A stretch of DNA of 38,503 nucleotides from an uncultured Bacilli bacterium (GTDB lineage: Bacteria; Bacillota_I; Bacilli_A; RF39; UBA660). The notes beneath the pieces are model-generated. The model was given only the letters and a program-made list of their open reading frames with translations, was not told where the DNA came from and did not search any database. Positions 28,371 through 36,449 of this stretch are shown one piece after another. The stretch lies in contig CANRPZ010000002.1 in the NCBI GenBank assembly GCA_947632625.1, positions 1 to 38,503 of the forward strand, given 5' to 3'. The position numbers and the translations under genes were made by a program. The first letter of the stretch is position 1. The number at the start of each line of letters is the position of its first letter.

Positions 28371-30623
28371 ATGAAAGTAAAAAAGCAGTATTATAAAGAT
28401 TTAAACTTATTACGATTAATAGCATGTATTGCTATATTTCTATATCATATAAACATTTTAAAAAGTGGCTATTTGGCCGTTTGTGTTTTTTTTGTCTTAA
28501 GTGGCTATTTAGCAGTACTTTCGGCTTTTCAAAAGGAGCATTTTTCTATTCGAAATTATTATATTGAACGAATAAAGAAAGTTTATTTTCCTTTAGTAGT
28601 TGTCGTTTTTTTAACTATTTTTGTAGTATCTTTTTTTCCATCTATTCATTGGTTAAATTTAAAACCGGAAGCTACCTCTGTTTTATTTGGATATAATAAT
28701 TTTTGGCAAATAAAGGCGAGTTTAAATTATTTTACTCAAGATATTCAATCTCCATTTATTCATTTTTGGTATATTGCAATTCTTATGCAATTTGAGCTTA
28801 TTTTTCCTTTTTTCTTTTTATTACTTAAAAAAATAGGAAATAAGTTTAATAAGACAATTTCTTGTGCCGTACCTTTTTTGTTAGGTCTTTTTAGCTTTTT
28901 ATTTTTCTATTCTACTAGTTTAACGGGTGTTAAAATGATTGCCTATTATAATACGTTTTCGAGAATATTTTCTTTGCTTTTTGGTGTTGGATTAGGCTTT
29001 ATTCATAAATACTTTGGTCCTCAAATTGTCAACGTTACGCGTAAAAAAGCGCATTATAAAAAGTTTATCTATATCAATTTATTTTTTATGGTCGTATTTT
29101 TTGTAGTTTCTCCTGCAAACTCAATTTTTGAACCATTGAATATGTTTATTGTTTCTTATTTAACGTGTAAATTTATTGACTATGCAACATTAAATACTAA
29201 AAAACGTTACACAACAACAGAAAAAAGAATAGAAACTTTATCTAAATTTAGTTATGAATTTTATTTATGTCAATATCCGATTATTTTTTTATTTAAAAAT
29301 GTGTCATTAAATGCGTTTGTTAAAATTGTTTTCATTTTTCTTTTAACAATTCTTATAGCAATACTTATAAAAATAATTTTTGAATTTATAAAGCAACAAT
29401 ATTCGAAAAAGGAAAATACCTTTTTTACTCGTCTTAAAGGTTGTTTTGTTTTGGTATTTTTCTTCTGTGTTGCATTTGGAGCTTATAGGTATTGTGTAGC
29501 AAAAGATTATACAAAAGAATTAAAAAATTTAGAACAAGAGCTAGCTCAAAATGAAACAATACTTGCTCAAAAACAAGAAGAATATTTATTAAAACAACAA
29601 GAAGAGAACCAAAAATGGGAAGAGGTTTTATCTTCTTTAGAAAATAACCAACAAAATTTAGAAGAAAGTGTAAAAAATTTATCCGTTGTAGGAATAGGTG
29701 ATTCTGTAATGCTAGGGGCTTTACCAAATTTATATGAAGAATTTCCTAACAGTTATTTTGATGCAAAAATATCTCGCCAAATCATGGAAGCAAAAGATAT
29801 ATTGCTTGATTTAAAAGAAAAAAATCGTCTAGGGGAATCTATTATTATTAATTTAGGGGCAAATGGAAATTGTTCCCTTGACTGTGAAAAAGAAATTTTG
29901 GATTTATGCCAAGATAGTGAGGTTTTTTGGCTAACTGTTACAAACGAAGAAAAAGTAAATATTAATAATCATTTGCCAATACTTGCTACTCAATATAAAA
30001 ATTTGCATATTATTGATTGGAATTATTTATCAAAAGGTCATAAGGATTATTTCTATGCCGATGGAATTCATTTAACAGAGACGGGCAAAAAGGCTTATAC
30101 ACAAACAATTTATGATTATTTATATAATGTTTATTTGAACAAATTTGAAATACGTAAACAAGAAATTTTAAATGAACACGAAAAAGAGGTAAAAAATAAG
30201 ATTAGTTTTTATGGATCTACACTTTTATTAAATGCCTATAAAAATTTATTAGATGTTTTCCCTAATGCTCGATATGTGTTGGATAAAGATTACCAATTTG
30301 AGTCATTAAAGAATACGATTACGAAAGATATAGAAGAGGGAAAAATTACCCATAATGTTGTTCTTGCTTTAGATAAAAATATAAACTTATCTTGGGAAAA
30401 TTACCAAGAACTTATAAATTTATGTAATCAATATGAACTTTATATTGTTTCAACTGCAGCAGAAATAGATTTAAATTCTTTAGCTAATGACAATGTTCAT
30501 ATTGTAGATTTTTCAAAAATTATAGAAGATAAAAGTTATTATTTGGCTGATCAAGAACATTTAAATGCTTTTGCTAATGAACTGCTTACCAATATGTTAA
30601 AGGAATCTTTAAATCAAGAATAA
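28371..30623 (+). CDS. Acyltransferase-3 membrane domain fused to an SGNH hydrolase-type domain (OatA-like O-acetyltransferase) with an extra diverged C-terminal SGNH-like repeat
   Basis: 750 aa. The N-terminal ~375 aa is polytopic (LRLIACIAIFLYH... acyltransferase_3 style). A coiled coil ELKNLEQELAQNE... follows. SGNH blocks are GDSVMLGA, LGANGN and DGIHLT. Confidence 0.85.
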   Translation: MKVKKQYYKDLNLLRLIACIAIFLYHINILKSGYLAVCVFFVLSGYLAVLSAFQKEHFSIRNYYIERIKKVYFPLVVVVFLTIFVVSFFPSIHWLNLKPEATSVLFGYNNFWQIKASLNYFTQDIQSPFIHFWYIAILMQFELIFPFFFLLLKKIGNKFNKTISCAVPFLLGLFSFLFFYSTSLTGVKMIAYYNTFSRIFSLLFGVGLGFIHKYFGPQIVNVTRKKAHYKKFIYINLFFMVVFFVVSPANSIFEPLNMFIVSYLTCKFIDYATLNTKKRYTTTEKRIETLSKFSYEFYLCQYPIIFLFKNVSLNAFVKIVFIFLLTILIAILIKIIFEFIKQQYSKKENTFFTRLKGCFVLVFFFCVAFGAYRYCVAKDYTKELKNLEQELAQNETILAQKQEEYLLKQQEENQKWEEVLSSLENNQQNLEESVKNLSVVGIGDSVMLGALPNLYEEFPNSYFDAKISRQIMEAKDILLDLKEKNRLGESIIINLGANGNCSLDCEKEILDLCQDSEVFWLTVTNEEKVNINNHLPILATQYKNLHIIDWNYLSKGHKDYFYADGIHLTETGKKAYTQTIYDYLYNVYLNKFEIRKQEILNEHEKEVKNKISFYGSTLLLNAYKNLLDVFPNARYVLDKDYQFESLKNTITKDIEEGKITHNVVLALDKNINLSWENYQELINLCNQYELYIVSTAAEIDLNSLANDNVHIVDFSKIIEDKSYYLADQEHLNAFANELLTNMLKESLNQE

Positions 30624-30665
30624 TCTAAAATGAACGAAATACATATAATATATTGGTGAAGATGT

Positions 30666-31448
30666 ATGCCTATTAAAAAAGGAGATCTTGTAACAAGAAA
30701 AAGTTATAATCATGATACTTTATTTAAAGTGATGAATATTAAGGGAGATGTTTGTTATCTTAAAGGAATAGATGTTCGTTTATATGCAGATAGCAAAACC
30801 GATGATTTAAAGATTGCGACTAAAGAAGATCAAGAGCGACTTAAAGATGAAGCCAAGGAAGAAGATGACCTTGATTTTTTAGATCGCAGTGAATATTTTT
30901 ATCTGCCTGGTAAAATTCTTCATATCGATGGAGATTCAGAATATTTAAAAAGATGTTTGGATTATTATAAAAATCATAATATATTTGCTATTGGTAAAAA
31001 AATGAATGAGGTAGAAATTCCATTTAAAATTCGTGATTTGTTAGAAGAGTATAAGCCAGATATTGTCATTATTACGGGACATGATGCATATTATAAAAAG
31101 AAAGGGAAACTAGACGATATACATAACTATAAAAATACAGAAAATTTTATTAATGCCGTTAGGGAATGCCGCCGATATGAAAAAAGTCATGAGAAACTAG
31201 TTATTATTGCTGGGGCTTGTCAAAGTAATTATGAAGAACTTATAAAAGCAGGGGCAAATTTTGCTTCCAGTCCTAAAAGAATTAATATTCATTGTTTGGA
31301 TCCAGCTATTATTGCTACAAATATATCATTAACAGAACGAAACAAAGAAATCGATTTAATTTCATTATTAGAAAAAACTAAGTATGGAAAAGATGGCATG
31401 GGTGGTATTATTTGTAATGGTCTTATGTATGTTGGCTATCCAAGATAA
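30666..31448 (+). CDS. yabG: Sporulation-specific peptidase YabG
   Basis: 260 aa. It aligns along its length to B. subtilis YabG (GDxVxRKSY, HxDGDxxYLKxCL, IVIITGHDAY, GACQS, GANFASSP). Confidence 0.93.
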   Translation: MPIKKGDLVTRKSYNHDTLFKVMNIKGDVCYLKGIDVRLYADSKTDDLKIATKEDQERLKDEAKEEDDLDFLDRSEYFYLPGKILHIDGDSEYLKRCLDYYKNHNIFAIGKKMNEVEIPFKIRDLLEEYKPDIVIITGHDAYYKKKGKLDDIHNYKNTENFINAVRECRRYEKSHEKLVIIAGACQSNYEELIKAGANFASSPKRINIHCLDPAIIATNISLTERNKEIDLISLLEKTKYGKDGMGGIICNGLMYVGYPR

Positions 31449-31461
31449 AGAAGGGGGAAAC

Positions 31462-31674
31462 ATGAATTTAGATCTTATAAAGGAAGACGTAAAAAAACAT
31501 TTAAATGAAAAGGTAGAAATATCTGTTTTTGGATTACGTAATAAAAATTATAAGGTTTATGGCTATATATCTAATATTTATCCTAGTATTTTTACTGTAA
31601 ATGAAAATGGAGTAGAGAAAAGTTTTACTTACTCTGATATTGCTACAGGAGAAATTAATATCAAGTATTTGTAA
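31462..31674 (+). CDS. veg: Veg protein
   Basis: 70 aa from ATG at 31462 with SD AAGGGGGA. GYISNIYPSIFTV...KSFTYSDIATGEI matches the Veg pattern (AETYPSVFVI...RVSYSYADILTE). The longer track ORF from 31384 overlaps yabG and is rejected. Confidence 0.88.
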   Translation: MNLDLIKEDVKKHLNEKVEISVFGLRNKNYKVYGYISNIYPSIFTVNENGVEKSFTYSDIATGEINIKYL

Positions 31675-31680
31675 AAACTC

Positions 31681-31709
31681 TTGATAAGTTTAAAAAGATG
31701 AATTAAAAT
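31681..31709 (+). promoter_or_regulatory. Sigma-A-like promoter upstream of spoVG
   Basis: TTGATA (31681-31686), a 17-nt spacer, then TAAAAT (31704-31709). Confidence 0.4.
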
Positions 31710-31756
31710 ATAATTAAGTTACGATAAATAATAAAAACTTTAGAAGGAGTGTAAAC

Positions 31757-32023
31757 ATGAAAATTACATCAGTAACAGTTCGTAAATTCGAAAGAGAAGG
31801 AAACAGAATGAAAGGTATTGCAACAGTAGTTGTTGATGATGCCTTTGCTATTCATGATATCCGTATTATTGAAGGAGATAATGGCTTATTTATAGCAATG
31901 CCTAGTAGAAAGACTGCAACAGGTGAATATAAAGATATTGCTCATCCAATTAATACCGATGTACGTAATATGTTTCAAAGCGCTATTTTAGAAGAATACA
32001 ATAAAGCAAGTGTAGAAGAATAA
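31757..32023 (+). CDS. spoVG: Septation protein SpoVG
   Basis: 88 aa: [52 protein letters not shown]...YKDIAHPIN, the canonical SpoVG sequence pattern. Confidence 0.96.
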   Translation: MKITSVTVRKFEREGNRMKGIATVVVDDAFAIHDIRIIEGDNGLFIAMPSRKTATGEYKDIAHPINTDVRNMFQSAILEEYNKASVEE

Positions 32024-32043
32024 AATTGCGTTAAAATAAAATG

Positions 32044-32084
32044 AAACTACTTTCAATTTCTTTATTGAGAGTAGTTTTTGTTAT
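32044..32084 (+). terminator. Intrinsic terminator after spoVG
   Basis: AAACTACTTTCAA (8-nt loop) TTGAGAGTAGTTT, a 13-bp stem with one G-U pair, followed by TTGTTATTG. Confidence 0.7.
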
Positions 32085-32124
32085 TGTATTTAAAAACTAT
32101 AGTATAGAAGGAGAATAATAAATC

Positions 32125-32673
32125 ATGGTTAAAATTATAATTATAGGAGTAATACTTTTTCTTTTGATCGTTATATTGCTTATTTATAATCGCTTGGTTC
32201 AATTAAATAATAAAGTAAAAGAAGCTTTTTCGACAATGGATGTTTATTTGAAAAAAAGATGGGATTTGATTCCAAATATTATTGAAACAGTAAAAGGATA
32301 TGCAAAGCACGAAAAAGAAACTTTAAATGAAGTTGTAAATTTGCGTAACACTACTTATGAGGTAATGAATGCTGATGAAAAAATTAAAACAAATGAACAA
32401 CTATCAAAAAATATTCAAAAAATTATGGCTTTAGCGGAAAACTATCCGGATTTAAAGGCAGATGCTAGCTTTAAAGACTTAAGTAATCAATTAATTAAAG
32501 TTGAAGATGAAATTGCAAATTCAAGAAAATATTACAATGGTACAGTTAGACTTTATAATAATAAAGTTGAAATGTTCCCAAGTAATATTATTGCAAAGGT
32601 ATTTGGTTATAAATCAAAAAATATGTTTTTGGCAAGTGAAGAAGAAAGAAAAAATATTAATGTTCAATTGTAA
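32125..32673 (+). CDS. lemA: LemA family membrane protein
   Basis: 182 aa with an N-terminal TM helix and YPDLKA...FKDLSNQL..VEDEIANSRKYYNGTVRLYNNKVEMFPSNIIA, the typical LemA core. Confidence 0.92.
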   Translation: MVKIIIIGVILFLLIVILLIYNRLVQLNNKVKEAFSTMDVYLKKRWDLIPNIIETVKGYAKHEKETLNEVVNLRNTTYEVMNADEKIKTNEQLSKNIQKIMALAENYPDLKADASFKDLSNQLIKVEDEIANSRKYYNGTVRLYNNKVEMFPSNIIAKVFGYKSKNMFLASEEERKNINVQL

Positions 32674-32684
32674 TGGAGGTAAGA

Positions 32685-34649
32685 ATGAAAAGAGTTATTA
32701 AGGGGTTTATCGTTTTTGTTGTTTCTTTATTATTAGTAAGTCCTGTTAATACTCGGGCATTTTCTTCAATAACAGATACAACTTTTTCTACACCTAGTAA
32801 ACAATATCAATATCGTTCTTACGATTACGTAATTGATAACTATGATATTAATATTTTGGTAAATGAAAACAATACTTTGGATATTACAGAAACTATCACC
32901 GCTTATTTTAATGTAGCTAAACATGGAATTTTTAGAACCATACCTTTAAAGAATACTGTTACTAGATTGGATGGTACTACAACGAAGAATAGAGTGCAAA
33001 TAACTAATTTAAGTGTAGATAATGAATATAAAGTATCAAAAGAACAAGGGAATTATAAAATTCAAATAGGTTCAGAAAATAGTACTGTAATTAAAGAGCA
33101 AACTTACAAAATAAAATATACATATAATTTAGGCAAAGATCCTCTTAAGGATAAAGATGAGTTTTATTATAATTTAATTGGTGATGAATGGGATACGGTG
33201 ATTGGAAATATTACTTTTACAATTACTATGCCAAAAAAATTTGATGCAAGTAAGTTAGGCTTTTCTTCTGGTAAAATGGGCTCAACTGATAATGAGGCCA
33301 TAAAATATAATGTTACAGGAAATAAAATAATAGGAACATATGATGGAATTCTTAATGCTGGAGAAGCTCTTACCATAAGATGCGAATTAGAAGAAGGCTA
33401 TTTTGTTAATGCATCTCTTTCTGTTCATGTAACGGATTATATTTATTTTTTGTTTCCTATTCTATTTTTAGGAGTTGCTTTTTTTCTTTGGTATAGATTT
33501 GGTCGTGATGATCAAGTAGTAGAAACTATAGAATTTTATCCACCTCAAGGATTAAATAGTTTGGAGGTTGGTTTTTATTATAAAGGAAAAGCAGACAATC
33601 AGGACGTTATTTCTCTTTTAATTTATTTAGCAAATAAGGGGTATATAAAAATTACTGAAATGGAAGAAACATCTTCTTTAACTAAAGCAAAAAAATTTAA
33701 AATAACTAAATTAAAAGATTATGACGGAGATAATATTAATGAAAAGGCATTTTTAGAAGGTTTATTTTCTTTAAATGATACTTTAACAAAAGAGGTTACA
33801 TCTGAAGATTTATATGACAATTTCTATATTACTATAAAAAAGATATTATCGAATATAAATAGTAAAGAAAATAAAAATAAAATATTTGAAAAAGGAACTT
33901 TTAGTAAATCTTTCGTAATAATTTTAATGATAATTGCAACTTACTTTTTAATAACTATTCCTCCAATACTTGCCTATAGTGACCCATATTTTTTAATTTT
34001 TGCATTAACATTTCCAGGAATTGGTTTTACTTTAATGTTTTTCCTTCTATTTAGTTCTAAAAAAACTATTTATGTAAATGGAAAAGAAACAAATTCATTT
34101 TTAATCACTAAATTATTTGGTCTTGCTTGGGGCTGTTTATATGGTGGACTACCTTGGGCTTTTATCGTTTTACCTTCTTTACTTTATGATCCATTATATC
34201 TTGTTGGCTATTTCGTTGGTATTGGTTGTATTGTAGGAATGGTTGTGTGTATTATTTATTTACCTAAAAGGACTATATATGGAAATGAAATATTAGGAAA
34301 ATTAAGAGGTTTTAAAAATTTTTTAGAAACAGCAGAAAAGGAAAAACTGGAAGCTATGGTTATGAAAGATCCAACTTATTTTTATAATATTTTACCTTAT
34401 ACTTATGTTTTGGGAGTATCGGATAAGTGGATTAAAAAGTTTGAAACAATTTTTTTACAAGCTCCAAATTGGTATGAATCATCCAATGATTTTAACATAA
34501 TGGCATTTAAAACGTTTATGAGTTCTGCGATGATATCAGCTCAAAGTGTATCTGCCTCTAGTTATTCAGAAGGTTCCTCTAGTAGCGGCTCTTCTGGTGG
34601 TGGCTTTTCTGGAGGAGGATCCGGAGGAGGCGGAGGGGGTTCTTGGTAG
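32685..34649 (+). CDS. DUF2207-domain polytopic membrane protein with a Gly/Ser-rich C-terminal tail
   Basis: Signal peptide MKRVIKGFIVFVVSLLLVSPVNTRA. DUF2207 N-domain pattern YVIDNYDINILVNENNTLDITETITAYFNVAKHGIFRTIPL. Several TM helices. Tail SSSGSSGGGFSGGGSGGGGGGSW. ATG at 32685 lies 5 nt after GGAGG; the alternative ATG at 32673 overlaps the lemA stop (TAATG). Confidence 0.88.
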   Translation: MKRVIKGFIVFVVSLLLVSPVNTRAFSSITDTTFSTPSKQYQYRSYDYVIDNYDINILVNENNTLDITETITAYFNVAKHGIFRTIPLKNTVTRLDGTTTKNRVQITNLSVDNEYKVSKEQGNYKIQIGSENSTVIKEQTYKIKYTYNLGKDPLKDKDEFYYNLIGDEWDTVIGNITFTITMPKKFDASKLGFSSGKMGSTDNEAIKYNVTGNKIIGTYDGILNAGEALTIRCELEEGYFVNASLSVHVTDYIYFLFPILFLGVAFFLWYRFGRDDQVVETIEFYPPQGLNSLEVGFYYKGKADNQDVISLLIYLANKGYIKITEMEETSSLTKAKKFKITKLKDYDGDNINEKAFLEGLFSLNDTLTKEVTSEDLYDNFYITIKKILSNINSKENKNKIFEKGTFSKSFVIILMIIATYFLITIPPILAYSDPYFLIFALTFPGIGFTLMFFLLFSSKKTIYVNGKETNSFLITKLFGLAWGCLYGGLPWAFIVLPSLLYDPLYLVGYFVGIGCIVGMVVCIIYLPKRTIYGNEILGKLRGFKNFLETAEKEKLEAMVMKDPTYFYNILPYTYVLGVSDKWIKKFETIFLQAPNWYESSNDFNIMAFKTFMSSAMISAQSVSASSYSEGSSSSGSSGGGFSGGGSGGGGGGSW

Positions 34650-34686
34650 TAATAAAGAATTATAGTAATATAAGGGAGGTGAAATT

Positions 34687-35133
34687 TTGAAAAAAGGATT
34701 TAAATTTTTAATAGTTATTGGAATAATGTTATTAACGTTAACGGGATGCACAAAAAGTAAAGCTTATACATTTAAAGTTGATACTGGAGATAAAATAAAG
34801 GTCGAACTTAATATAACCGATGGATATGATTTATCTTCTAGTTTACCATTTACGATTTCAAAAGAGGGAAATGAATTAAGTCAGGGAACATTTATAACAA
34901 TAGACTCCTATGACGAATATGTTAGTGCGGCGAAAACATCTTCTTTAGCAAAAGTTATTGAAGAAAAGTCAAACAATAATATAGAATATATTTTCTATTC
35001 TTATAATAGTTCTGAATATAATTATATTATTAAGGTTAAAGATTCTAAAACAGGTATTTTACTTGGGAATCCCCATACCCAAGAAGAAGCAGAAAAATGT
35101 TTTAAATTATTAACATTTAGTTTAGAAAAATAG
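34687..35133 (+). CDS. Putative lipoprotein of unknown function, TTG start
   Basis: 148 aa with lipobox LTLTGC after a basic/hydrophobic signal and SD GGGAGGTG upstream. It lies 37 nt after the DUF2207 gene, and a terminator follows. Confidence 0.7.
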   Translation: MKKGFKFLIVIGIMLLTLTGCTKSKAYTFKVDTGDKIKVELNITDGYDLSSSLPFTISKEGNELSQGTFITIDSYDEYVSAAKTSSLAKVIEEKSNNNIEYIFYSYNSSEYNYIIKVKDSKTGILLGNPHTQEEAEKCFKLLTFSLEK

Positions 35134-35141
35134 TAAAAGAT

Positions 35142-35177
35142 GATATTTAAGTTTAAATCTAAATATCGCTTTTTTTA
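35142..35177 (+). terminator. Intrinsic terminator closing the lemA-DUF2207-lipoprotein unit
   Basis: GATATTTA (10-nt loop) TAAATATC followed by GCTTTTTTTA. Confidence 0.6.
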
Positions 35178-35285
35178 TGTCTAATATTCTTTAGGTAAAA
35201 TACTATTATTTCATTAAATTATAGTAATTTTTTCTTAAGTATATTATAATTTTATTATACTTGATTAGATTAATAGAGGTGTTAT

Positions 35286-36191
35286 ATGAAAGTATTGAGC
35301 CTTACTGAACCATATGCTACGTTAATAAAAGAAAATAAAAAAATTATTGAAACGAGAAGCTGGAAGACAAATTATAGGGGAGAGTTATATATTCATGCCA
35401 GTTCTACTAAAATATCAAAAGAGTGGCAAAAAAATAAAGAATTGATGGAATTAATAAAAAATATGCCATTAAATTATGGAAATATTATTTGTAAATGCAA
35501 TTTAGTTGATTGCGTTTATATGACAAAGGAATATGTAACCAATATGCAAGATAATAATTATCAAGAATATATTTGTGGAGAGTATAAAGAAGGACGATAT
35601 GCTTGGATTTTAGATAATATATTACCATTAACAATACCTATAAAAGCTAAAGGACAACTAAATATTTGGAATTATTATACTGAATTTGAAATTATGGATT
35701 TAATGAATAATATTGAATATGGTTGGGTGGATAAAAATAATAATAAAAATACTTTTAGTTACGAATTATTTTCAAACAATTATATATTACAATCTCCAAA
35801 AGAGGTAATAACCAATAAAATTGGCGTGTGTTGGGATCAAGTAGAACTTGAAAGGTATTATTTTAAAGGAAATGACTGGAATATAAAAACTTATTTTATA
35901 GTACATTACGATAGTGATAAATGCCCAACGCATACTTTTTTAACTTATGAAAAAGCGGGTAAATTCTACTGGTTTGAACATTCATGGAAAACATTTAAAG
36001 GAATCCACGAATATAATTCGGAAAGAGAATTGTTACTGGATGTAAAAAATAAATTTATTAAACATGAATTAAATAATCAATATAAGAAAGAAAATTTAAA
36101 ATTATATGAATATAAAAAACCAAAGTACCATATTTCCGTACAAGAATTTTACAGCCACTGCGAAAATGGGCTACCTATTAAAAACATTTGA
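35286..36191 (+). CDS. ASCH (PUA-like) domain protein fused to a predicted Cys-His papain/transglutaminase-fold domain
   Basis: 301 aa. The N-terminus MKVLSLTEPYATLIKENKKIIETRSWKTNYRGELYIHAS follows the ASCH pattern. The C-terminal half carries GVCWDQVELERYYF, then THTFLTYEKAGKFYWFEHSW. SD AGAGGTG lies upstream. Confidence 0.7.
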   Translation: MKVLSLTEPYATLIKENKKIIETRSWKTNYRGELYIHASSTKISKEWQKNKELMELIKNMPLNYGNIICKCNLVDCVYMTKEYVTNMQDNNYQEYICGEYKEGRYAWILDNILPLTIPIKAKGQLNIWNYYTEFEIMDLMNNIEYGWVDKNNNKNTFSYELFSNNYILQSPKEVITNKIGVCWDQVELERYYFKGNDWNIKTYFIVHYDSDKCPTHTFLTYEKAGKFYWFEHSWKTFKGIHEYNSERELLLDVKNKFIKHELNNQYKKENLKLYEYKKPKYHISVQEFYSHCENGLPIKNI

Positions 36192-36242
36192 AAATTAGCA
36201 GATACCGAAAAAATTTTTAAATAGAGCGATTGTGAGAGATAT

Positions 36243-36359
36243 TTACAACTTTTTTATTAAACGTTGCTGATTTTGTTTTAATATTTCTTCATATTTTTTA
36301 TCTGAATATGGCTTTAACTTATATATATTTGCATTGTCTCCATTATTTACTTTTGACAA
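36243..36359 (-). CDS. Small hypothetical protein (38 codons, TTG start): MSKVNNGDNANIYKLKPYSDKKYEEILKQNQQRLIKKL
   Basis: Hand translation of the minus strand. A perfect AGGAGG (36374-36369) lies 9 nt upstream of TTG (36359-36357), with stop TAA at 36245-36243. It is too short for the ORF track. It is hydrophilic, with no family recognised. Confidence 0.35.
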   Translation of the reverse strand: MSKVNNGDNANIYKLKPYSDKKYEEILKQNQQRLIKKL

Positions 36360-36378
36360 AATAATTAACCTCCTAGGA

Positions 36379-36411
36379 ATTTTGACAAGAGTATCAAAAT
36401 TAACTTATATG
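36379..36411 (+). promoter_or_regulatory. Candidate promoter (TTGACA-18-TATATG) overlapped by a 7-bp inverted repeat
   Basis: TTGACA lies at 36382-36387 and TATATG at 36406-36411. The inverted repeat ATTTTGA-N8-TCAAAAT (36379-36400) overlaps the -35. A second TTTTGACAA copy lies at 36351-36359. Confidence 0.35.
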
Positions 36412-36422
36412 TATAAAAAATA

Positions 36423-36449
36423 CCAATCGTTCGATTGGCTTTCATTTTA
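36423..36449. terminator. Perfect palindromic hairpin with T-tracts on both sides (bidirectional terminator or attenuator candidate)
   Basis: CCAATCGTTCGATTGG (36423-36438) is followed by CTTTCATTTTA on the plus strand. On the minus strand it is followed by TATTTTTTATAC. Confidence 0.4.

Noticed and set aside
29434-29727. 97-aa minus-strand ORF
   Set aside because: It is antisense to the coiled-coil segment of the acyltransferase gene.
32501-33376. ORFs 32501-32701 (+) and 33167-33376 (-)
   Set aside because: They are frame or antisense shadows of lemA and the DUF2207 gene.
34566-34751. 61-aa minus-strand ORF, and the GGT/GGA/GGC-rich repeat at about 34585-34645 as a possible tandem DNA repeat
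   Set aside because: The repeat is the coding sequence of the Gly/Ser-rich C-terminal tail typical of DUF2207 proteins. The antisense ORF is a by-product of it.
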